Shown here: in pieces, positions 7,556 to 13,264 of the stretch
Position numbering within the stretch: position 1 is the stretch's first letter
Layout: each line of letters begins with the position of its first letter
Origin: Patescibacteria group bacterium
GTDB lineage: Bacteria > Patescibacteriota > Patescibacteriia > 2-01-FULL-39-33
Direction: 5' to 3'
Assembly: GCA_041662745.1 (NCBI GenBank)
Contig: JBAZRV010000010.1
Span: 1-13,264 of the forward strand
Length of the DNA stretch: 13,264 bases
Notes under the pieces: model-generated
Databases searched by the model: none
The model's input: the letters and a program-made list of their open reading frames with translations, nothing else
What the model was told of the DNA's origin: nothing
Made by a program: the position numbers and the translations under genes

Positions 7556-7595
7556 AAGATCGGCGAGCATTCAGCTTGCCGATCTTTTTAATTTA
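7556..7595 (+). terminator. Rho-independent terminator for the 7300-7530 CDS
   Basis: AAGATCGGCGAGC-ATTCA-GCTTGCCGATCTT forms a 13-bp stem with one G-U, then TTTAATTTATTTT. Confidence 0.85.
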
Positions 7596-7602
7596 TTTTA
7601 AA

Positions 7603-7629
7603 AGCCGGCGTCCATTTATGAACGCCGGC
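7603..7629 (-). terminator. Terminator for the FadL-like CDS
   Basis: GCCGGCGT / ACGCCGGC 8-bp stem. The minus strand continues TTTTAAAATAAATT. Confidence 0.7.
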
Positions 7630-7651
7630 GCAAAGATGCAAAGGACTCGGA

Positions 7652-8821
7652 TTAGAACCTCCAGCTTCCGGAAAGGCCGAAAGTCAAGATCTCGGTTGAC
7701 ATTTTTCTTCCGGAAACCTCATTGCTTCCCCAGCCGTAACTAGTGGAAGCAATCAAGCTGAAATGCTTAGTCGGCGAATACTTGATCCGTCCACCGAGAG
7801 CCCAGCCATCAACGTCAGGCGTCATATAGTCAGCCGTCTTGGTAATGGCCTTGCTCATGTAAGTCACCCCGCCGCCGGCCGTTAACTTGTCGCTGAACTT
7901 ATGGCTGGCGCCCAAATGAATGGCGATATTGTCCTGCCAATTCATGTTGACCGCTTTGGTAATCGGCAATTTATCAAAATTCACCATGGCTCGGTTCAAA
8001 CTATTCCGACTATATCCGAAATAAGTTACTTGACCGACCAATAGCCAATCTTCCCGTGGCTGATAACCGACGGAAAAATCAACTTTTTCGGGGAACTTGA
8101 ATTTCAAGTCAATGCCATCGCGTATTTTTAGCCCCAATAAACCGGCGGTGCAACGGCCTTCAAGTCTTACCGTAACCGGCGAAAGATAATTGACGCCGAA
8201 CGCCAGTTTATCCGTCGCTTGATACATAGCGCCTGCTTGCCAGCCATAACCAAAACCCAAAGCCTTCAGGTTAACCCGAACCGGCAAAGGTATGCGACTT
8301 ACATCAAACGGTCCGACCCAAGTCATCATGCCCATGGCAATAACCGGGCCAGCGCCGATTGACAAGCGATCAGTCAGCTGCTTGGAAATAAATGGCTTGA
8401 TATAGGTTCCGGACACAAGCGTCTGAGAATCCATGCCGTACCAAATATTCTTGAAGCTGGCGCCCAGGCCGTAGTTGGTGTGGATGTCCACGCCCCAGAC
8501 GGTTGACTCGTCAATCCTCTCGGCATAAGAAACCGCCGGCAGGACATGAGCCATATTCTTGGAAGTAAACTTTTTGCCGCGCTTATCCTCATAAGTGAAT
8601 TTGGGGACCATGACTTCGGTCCCCACCTCAACCAAGCGCTTGCCATTCAATTGCAACTTACTCCCCAGATTATGGGGAAACCACATTCCCGACGGATCGG
8701 ATCCCAGTCCGATATCGGTCGTGCCGGTCGCCGCCACGCGACTCAAGCCGCCAGCAAACGCCGACTGATCAAGACACAAAAAAATAGCAAAGACAACCGC
8801 GATAATAACGCTTTTCTTCAT
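7652..8821 (-). CDS. FadL/OmpP1/TodX-family-like outer-membrane beta-barrel transport protein
   Basis: Signal peptide MKKSVIIAVVFAIFLCLDQSAFA-GG. TDIGLGSDPSGMWFPHNLG near the mature N-terminus, alternating strands such as LSIGAGPVIAMG, GYGWQAGAMYQATDKLAFGVNYLSPV, MNWQDNIAIHLGASHKFSDKLTAGGGVTY, and a C-terminal strand LTFGLSGSWRF ending in Phe. The start at 8821 has SD gaggag. Confidence 0.82.
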   Translation of the reverse strand: MKKSVIIAVVFAIFLCLDQSAFAGGLSRVAATGTTDIGLGSDPSGMWFPHNLGSKLQLNGKRLVEVGTEVMVPKFTYEDKRGKKFTSKNMAHVLPAVSYAERIDESTVWGVDIHTNYGLGASFKNIWYGMDSQTLVSGTYIKPFISKQLTDRLSIGAGPVIAMGMMTWVGPFDVSRIPLPVRVNLKALGFGYGWQAGAMYQATDKLAFGVNYLSPVTVRLEGRCTAGLLGLKIRDGIDLKFKFPEKVDFSVGYQPREDWLLVGQVTYFGYSRNSLNRAMVNFDKLPITKAVNMNWQDNIAIHLGASHKFSDKLTAGGGVTYMSKAITKTADYMTPDVDGWALGGRIKYSPTKHFSLIASTSYGWGSNEVSGRKMSTEILTFGLSGSWRF

Positions 8822-8840
8822 CTCAGTTCTCCTCATTTTT

Positions 8841-8854
8841 ATCCCCAAGGGGAT
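8841..8854. repeat. Short hairpin (ATCCCC-AA-GGGGAT) in the leader of the FadL-like gene
   Basis: Perfect 6-bp palindromic arms just upstream of the SD. Confidence 0.45.
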
Positions 8855-8904
8855 GATCTTATGTACTAAAGGCATTCAAACAACATAGTTTATGCCAATA
8901 TATA

Positions 8905-8947
8905 ATTATATCATATCAGTGATATTTTGTCAAGACAATTATCCACA
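8905..8947 (-). promoter_or_regulatory. Promoter module P2 for the FadL-like CDS
   Basis: Minus strand TGTGGATAA (8939-8947), 5 bp, TTGACA (8928-8933), 17 bp, TATAAT (8905-8910). Confidence 0.85.
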
Positions 8948-8950
8948 ACT

Positions 8951-8979
8951 AAAAATCGTCGCAATAAGCGACGATTTTT
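8951..8979 (-). terminator. Terminator for the 8995-9912 CDS (near-symmetric, possibly bidirectional)
   Basis: AAAAATCGTCGC-AATAA-GCGACGATTTTT is a perfect 12-bp inverted repeat ending in U-rich tracts. Confidence 0.85.
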
Positions 8980-8994
8980 CTAACATTTTAATTA

Positions 8995-9912
8995 TTATTT
9001 TGATTTAAACCAGCTTTTAACCTTCTGCCAACCGCGCCGGATAATCCCTTCACCCGTCTCGGATGAAGCCGTTGAAGAAATGTATTCTCCCACCTGATTC
9101 TCTTTGATTGAGGACTTTAAAACATCATGCGCCCTCTGCCTGATACCGGCATACTCGGGCAAAGAGGCGGCATTGGCCTTAAAAGCGGCCTCGGATTTTT
9201 GTTCCAAATCCTTACCTCGCAAAGATAAGAAATCAGGATGTTCCCCATCCCCTTTTAGTGTCGGGGCTTTAACATGCTCCATCATTAAATCCAAGGCTTG
9301 CTCCATGTCCGATCCTTCGTACAGATCCTTTCCCTCCCTAATCGGTTGAACTTTCTTAACAACTTTTTCCAGCTGGCTTATATTGAAACTATGCTCCACC
9401 GCCTGCGTTAGGTATTGCAATTTATATTCCTCAAATTTTTCCCGATGCCGGTTGTATCTCTCGGCCAACAGCCCCTTGACAATCTCTCTGACTTTTTGCC
9501 TTAGCTGCAAATCACGGCCGCGGGTGATTAAATCGGTTTTTTCGCCCAAAACTTTCCTTTCCGTTTCGTAGGCCCCGCTGATTGAGCCCAAAACTATCTT
9601 ATCCAAATTATCCTTCAGGTATTTTTCCGCTTCAGCAATTTTCCCGACAATATATTCCGGCGGAAAAAAATCCTTAGAACCCTGAATGCCCTTGGTTTTA
9701 GAAACGGCCTGGCGTAAATCCTCTAACGATTTCGCTTCGTCAATTGCCTTTTTTAATTTCTCTAATTTTTTACTATTTTCATATTGAGACAACTTCTCCT
9801 CATAGGCCTCATCGTCTAAAAAGGACTCACCGCCGAATTCCTGATCTATTATCGGCTCATCTACTTCTTGGCTGGTGAACGGTTTAGATTCCTGATTTTT
9901 GTTCCTAATCAT
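8995..9912 (-). CDS. Hypothetical charged, helical/coiled-coil-rich protein
   Basis: Long ORF. The start is placed at MIRNKNQESKPF (9912) rather than 9954. It is followed by a terminator. No recognisable family. Confidence 0.7.
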   Translation of the reverse strand: MIRNKNQESKPFTSQEVDEPIIDQEFGGESFLDDEAYEEKLSQYENSKKLEKLKKAIDEAKSLEDLRQAVSKTKGIQGSKDFFPPEYIVGKIAEAEKYLKDNLDKIVLGSISGAYETERKVLGEKTDLITRGRDLQLRQKVREIVKGLLAERYNRHREKFEEYKLQYLTQAVEHSFNISQLEKVVKKVQPIREGKDLYEGSDMEQALDLMMEHVKAPTLKGDGEHPDFLSLRGKDLEQKSEAAFKANAASLPEYAGIRQRAHDVLKSSIKENQVGEYISSTASSETGEGIIRRGWQKVKSWFKSK

Positions 9913-9978
9913 ATGATTATAGATTAAACGCCAAAAGGCATAAAAACTAAACAAATAGCGGAACTGGACTTGAAACTA

Positions 9979-10004
9979 AATTGGTTTTAATATTTACTAG
10001 CACG
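9979..10004. repeat. 26-bp direct repeat, left copy, flanking dispersed repeat copy 2
   Basis: aattggttttaatatttactagcacg is identical to 10191-10216. Confidence 0.95.
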
Positions 10005-10163
10005 GGGTGAAGGAATTACGCGCTCACTCGGCGCCAAAAAGCGCCTCGTTCACTTGTCCAGGGTCAGCGCCAATCATTATCAATGATTGGCGACGCTCGA
10101 CTGCTCTTTTCGCCTTCCGGCTCAAAGCTTGTCTCGCTTCTGACCTGTTCGATTCTCGCCCCG
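10003..10163. repeat. Copy 2 of the dispersed structured repeat (also at 172-340)
   Basis: Shares the 5' core with copy 1. Contains hairpins GGCGC-CAAAAA-GCGCC and CGCCAATCATT-ATC-AATGATTGGCG. Imperfect inverted ends cggggtgaaggaat / attctcgccccg. Confidence 0.75.
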
Positions 10164-10190
10164 ATATTAAATATTTAAAACCAACTTGAT

Positions 10191-10216
10191 AATTGGTTTT
10201 AATATTTACTAGCACG
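10191..10216. repeat. 26-bp direct repeat, right copy
   Basis: Identical to 9979-10004. Confidence 0.95.
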
Positions 10217-10438
10217 AATTGCTGGATTAGAATGGAACCCGTTTATCCGTTTAATCCGTAATGTTAATTGGTTTTTTACTGACTTTGATTTTGACAGATT
10301 CTACGCCACAATCTAATAAAGAATTACTGCTTTTTTAGCCAAGAGTATACTTATGTGATTCTTACCAGACATGACCAGTTTAAGGCGATTAAAAGACACT
10401 AGATGAACAAGATGACCTCTTAATGGTTTAGATTGCCC

Positions 10439-12013
10439 CTAACTTACTGGCTGAGTATAATTATTTTGGCTATTAGATGAATAGGATTGGGAAAATGCCA
10501 GATAACCCATTAATATTAAATTTAACGGAGCAACTATCATTAGAAGTCCAAGCCATTTGGATTTACCTAGTTTTTCAGTTATATCCATCCATGGAACAAG
10601 GGCGACTATAATGTTAGCTATAGGAACAAACATTAGTAGGAACCACCAATACGGTCTGCCTGCGCATTTCAATATTAAGAAAAGATTAGCGATTGGCACC
10701 CAAGCCATCCAAAGACCATTAATTACTAATTTTTTAGCGATAAATTGCAGGCATAGGGCACAATAAACATATAGCAGAAGAAAAAGAATAATAATTATGA
10801 CAACGAAATATCCACCAAAATCAGATATAATCGTATTAGCTAAGGCGTTAAATGAGCTGGTAGTATTTATTGGTTCAACTACTGCTGGCACTATAATGTC
10901 GGTAGCCGTTGAATTTATGATATCAGCCGTAGGCGTAGCCACTAAATTATTAATATCATCGGTGCTGGAAATTGGAGTATTTCCAGCCGATGCCATCTGA
11001 CCTGCCAATACTACTTGCGTTGGTGTAAATTTTCCATCGCCAACTGGATTAAAGCCGCCATAAATCTCAGTCATATCGCCATAACCATCGCCATCAGTGT
11101 CAAATTTATTCGGATCAGTGCCCCATTTGGCTTCATTAACATCAAGTAAACCATCACCATCAGTGTCAATTAGGTTGCCGACTGACATGCAAATAGATGC
11201 GCAACTGTTGCTTTGACATGGCGTAATCTTTTCCCATTTGCAATCTTTAGTTAAAAATGCAATGCCAGTTTTTCCCTCGGGAGTTTTGTGGCAATAATAT
11301 CCGTCGCTTTTCTCACAACTCTTAGTGCAATAAGCATGGCCATACGTGTCGGGTAAAATCTCGCATAAACCTGGACACTTAATATCCTCACTTGCGACAG
11401 TGCCATTTGGTAGGCAATATCTTTCTGTTATCGTCTGTGGTTCAAGTCCGCAAGTATCTGATATATTTTCTATTTTGCCGTTAATTGTGATGATTCCAGC
11501 TTTAAAAATATCCTTGCCTCCGTCGGAATCAGTACAAGTACTACCACTTCCACCACTAGCCGTCTTGATACAAGCGCCATTAAGACAGCCATTCGGACAC
11601 TTATATGGGGTTATTTTAATTGTATAATTGCCTGATGAATTTTTACCACAGCTCGTTTCACTGACAGTGCTCTTGTCTGTGCAGGCATCGGCGCCAGTCG
11701 CCTGTTCGCCATTGCCTTTAGCAGAAACTGTGCCTTTGACAAAATAATCCGTTCCGCCATCCGTGTCCGTGCATGTATAGGGAGTACTATCCTCAATACA
11801 GGCTCCATCCTTACAACCGACATAACAAGAGTATGAACTTTCGGCTGCGCCAAATCCGCTACCGATTTCAGCCGCGGATTTTATTGTGCAATCCGTATCC
11901 TGAAAGCCGACATGGTTATTGTCAATACAAACCATTTTCATCTCACAAGTGGCGGCCAGAGCACTGGAGCACAGCAAAAAAATACTTATACTGGCAATAA
12001 TAATTTTTTTCAT
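10439..12013 (-). CDS. Secreted/surface Cys-rich repeat protein with TSP3-like Ca-binding repeats and a C-terminal DUF5684-like membrane domain
   Basis: Signal peptide MKKIIIASISIFLLCSSALA. Two TCTD[TS]DGGxDxFxxG repeats, DTDGDGLLDVNEAKWGTDPNKFDTDGDGYGDMTEI, and C-terminal LVINGLWMAWVPIANLFLILKCAGRPYWWFLLMFVPIANIIVALVPWMDITEKLGKSKWLGLLMIV. The start is placed at 12013. Confidence 0.82.
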   Translation of the reverse strand: MKKIIIASISIFLLCSSALAATCEMKMVCIDNNHVGFQDTDCTIKSAAEIGSGFGAAESSYSCYVGCKDGACIEDSTPYTCTDTDGGTDYFVKGTVSAKGNGEQATGADACTDKSTVSETSCGKNSSGNYTIKITPYKCPNGCLNGACIKTASGGSGSTCTDSDGGKDIFKAGIITINGKIENISDTCGLEPQTITERYCLPNGTVASEDIKCPGLCEILPDTYGHAYCTKSCEKSDGYYCHKTPEGKTGIAFLTKDCKWEKITPCQSNSCASICMSVGNLIDTDGDGLLDVNEAKWGTDPNKFDTDGDGYGDMTEIYGGFNPVGDGKFTPTQVVLAGQMASAGNTPISSTDDINNLVATPTADIINSTATDIIVPAVVEPINTTSSFNALANTIISDFGGYFVVIIIILFLLLYVYCALCLQFIAKKLVINGLWMAWVPIANLFLILKCAGRPYWWFLLMFVPIANIIVALVPWMDITEKLGKSKWLGLLMIVAPLNLILMGYLAFSQSYSSNSQNNYTQPVS

Positions 12014-12023
12014 AGTTGTTAAA

Positions 12024-12872
12024 TTAATTTGGCTTATAAGCCGACATATATAAAACAAACGATAAAGTAGATAAAAATACTAATGCCAATTTCAATTCTT
12101 CTGATGTAAAAGCTGGATTATTTTCAGGAAAAATCGGCCACCTTACTTTCTTTTCTGATGTTAAATTTTTGAAAAAATCAATTAAAGTATTGTCGTCTTG
12201 GTTTTCATTGATATTCTCAAATAATTTAATATCTAAGCCATTTATAGCATATGACCACGCTGGGTGATAAGAATAAGCCTGATTAATATTATTAGCGTTA
12301 TCCGTGATGCTCCAAAATGCGTTTCCAATGATTGCGGGCAAGAAGAAATTGCCAGTGATTTTTCCGATTAATTCCATACTGCCATTAAGCACTAAGTGTT
12401 TAGGAATATCCACAGTCGCCATCTTTGTATTATTTTTTATAAATTCAACTATGCCATTACTTATATTTGCCTGAATGCTGTTATTTGATCCGTCTTTCAA
12501 TAAAAATGAACCATTCAATGATTTACCGCTATTATCAAGAAAACGATATTTTAACTTAAGATGACTCAAGCCAGCGATATTTTGACCGTCATAATAACAG
12601 CATATAGCATCAATATTGACATCTAATAATAATCTACTTGCTTTTGTTATTTGAGCGATATCAAGTAGTCCAGTTTTGTCGAGAATATTACCTTTCAATA
12701 AATTTGTTTTTCCAGAAATAATACTATCTACTCTTGGGATAATGCTGTTTGTCGATTTCTTTAAGGTGCGACCAACCTTGCCCATCCAAATAAATTGGCG
12801 AATAATTATTGCCGCAACTGCAAGCCAGACTAATGAAAATGCAATCAAAAAAAGTATTTCTCCAGTAGACAT
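12024..12872 (-). CDS. Hypothetical membrane protein, probably co-transcribed with the downstream 10439-12013 gene
   Basis: 282 aa with an N-terminal TM segment (ILFLIAFSLVWLAVAAIIIRQF) and a hydrophobic C-terminus (LALVFLSTLSFVLYM). Only 10 nt separate it from the next start codon. Confidence 0.65.
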   Translation of the reverse strand: MSTGEILFLIAFSLVWLAVAAIIIRQFIWMGKVGRTLKKSTNSIIPRVDSIISGKTNLLKGNILDKTGLLDIAQITKASRLLLDVNIDAICCYYDGQNIAGLSHLKLKYRFLDNSGKSLNGSFLLKDGSNNSIQANISNGIVEFIKNNTKMATVDIPKHLVLNGSMELIGKITGNFFLPAIIGNAFWSITDNANNINQAYSYHPAWSYAINGLDIKLFENINENQDDNTLIDFFKNLTSEKKVRWPIFPENNPAFTSEELKLALVFLSTLSFVLYMSAYKPN

Positions 12873-12947
12873 AATTATTAATTATTTTAGAAACTAAGTA
12901 GAATTACTAATTTTATTATAGCAGAAATAACTGAATAACCAAAATCT

Positions 12948-12985
12948 AAGGGCTAACTCAGCCAAAATAAGCCAAGTTAGCCCTT
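12948..12985 (+). terminator. Intergenic terminator-like hairpin
   Basis: AAGGGCTAACT ... AGTTAGCCCTT is an 11-bp perfect inverted repeat followed by ATTTTATT on +. Direction is uncertain. Confidence 0.5.
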
Positions 12986-12991
12986 ATTTTA

Positions 12992-13210
12992 TTAGATCGC
13001 CGCTTGACATTGCCTGATTCTATTAAAAGCCAAACAGCCAGAGCAAAAGAATTTATCTGGCTTCTTTAGATTTGGATAATCTCGGTACATTTTCGGTCGA
13101 ATAAACAGTCTGTGGCAGTTGGCGCATTCCCAGACGAGAGACTGTAAAATATTATGTGTAAATGGTATCTTGGGATGTAGGACGATTGGCGTCCTGCCTA
13201 ACCCAAGATC
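12992..13210 (-). other. Open frame without ATG encoding a CANC...CSGC zinc-ribbon-like peptide (possible remnant or non-ATG gene)
   Basis: Stop-to-stop frame ...ILQSLVWECANCHRLFIRPKMYRDYPNLKKPDKFFCSGCLAFNRIRQCQAAI*. Confidence 0.35.
13167..13209. repeat. Two-tier hairpin
   Basis: Outer stem ATCTTGGG/CCCAAGAT, inner stem AGGACG-ATTGG-CGTCCT. Confidence 0.6.
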
Positions 13211-13232
13211 CTATGCCTAAAACAAAAAGAAG

Positions 13233-13253
13233 GCCGGCTGTCGATGAGCCGGC
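13233..13253 (-). terminator. Terminator of a minus-strand gene located beyond the right edge
   Basis: GCCGGCT-GTCGATG-AGCCGGC. The minus strand continues CTTCTTTTTGTTTT. Confidence 0.7.
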
Positions 13254-13264
13254 GAATGAGTTGG

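Noticed and set aside
7204-7601. ORFs 7204-7512 (-) and 7413-7601 (+) overlapping the small membrane protein gene
   Set aside because: They conflict with the promoter-SD-terminator signals supporting the 7300-7530 + strand gene.
8374-8869. ORFs 8374-8646 (-) and 8546-8869 (+)
   Set aside because: Shadow ORFs in the 5' part of the FadL-like gene.
7190-8947. Possible replication origin because of two DnaA-box consensus sequences
   Set aside because: Only two boxes about 1.7 kb apart, each locked to a promoter, with no box cluster, AT-rich unwinding element or dnaA/dnaN neighbours. A promoter-associated role fits better.
9104-9571. + strand ORFs 9104-9349 and 9383-9571
   Set aside because: Antisense to the long minus CDS 8995-9912, with no SD or motif support.
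10007-10215. ORFs 10007-10189 (+) and 10024-10215 (-)
   Set aside because: They coincide with repeat copy 2. The open frames are a by-product of the element.
9979-10216. CRISPR array interpretation of the 26-bp direct repeats
   Set aside because: There are only two repeat units with a 186-bp interval, no regular spacing and no cas genes.
10557-12000. ORFs 10557-10766 (+), 10797-11000 (+), 11346-11627 (+), 11611-11853 (-) and 11773-12000 (+)
   Set aside because: All overlap the 10439-12013 Cys-rich surface protein and lack independent support.
12676-12897. 73-aa + strand ORF
   Set aside because: Antisense to the 5' end of the 12024-12872 CDS, with no motif.

Overview
The window looks like chromosomal DNA from a Candidate Phyla Radiation (Patescibacteria/Parcubacteria-like) bacterium. 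That taxonomic label is an inference from gene content and style. Supported content: the 3' end of a + strand CDS; tRNA-Ser(GGA) (-); two tandem small CxxC..CxxC zinc-ribbon-like genes (-); a membrane-anchored thioredoxin-fold protein (-); gatA and gatC (-); an orphan 7TM-GAF sensor histidine kinase (-); an oxidoreductase resembling cyanobacterial acyl-ACP reductase and the C-terminal domain of plant CER1/WAX2 (-); a divergent 76-aa membrane protein (+) with its own promoter and terminator; a FadL/OmpP1-like beta-barrel protein with signal peptide and terminal Phe (-); a coiled-coil hypothetical (-); and a secreted Cys-rich / TSP3-like / DUF5684-like membrane protein with a co-directional partner (-). 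Best leads: (1) the reductase-like and FadL-like genes are preceded by nearly identical 43-bp promoter modules (37/43 identical) made of TGTGGATAA, 5 bp, TTGACA, 17 bp, TATWAT, which suggests a co-regulated lipid or hydrocarbon module that would be surprising in a cell without a classical outer membrane; (2) two dispersed copies of a ~165-bp structured element with tRNA T-arm-like ends, each enclosed by direct repeats (16 bp and 26 bp) spaced 219 and 212 bp apart, are a candidate undescribed miniature mobile or recombining element.
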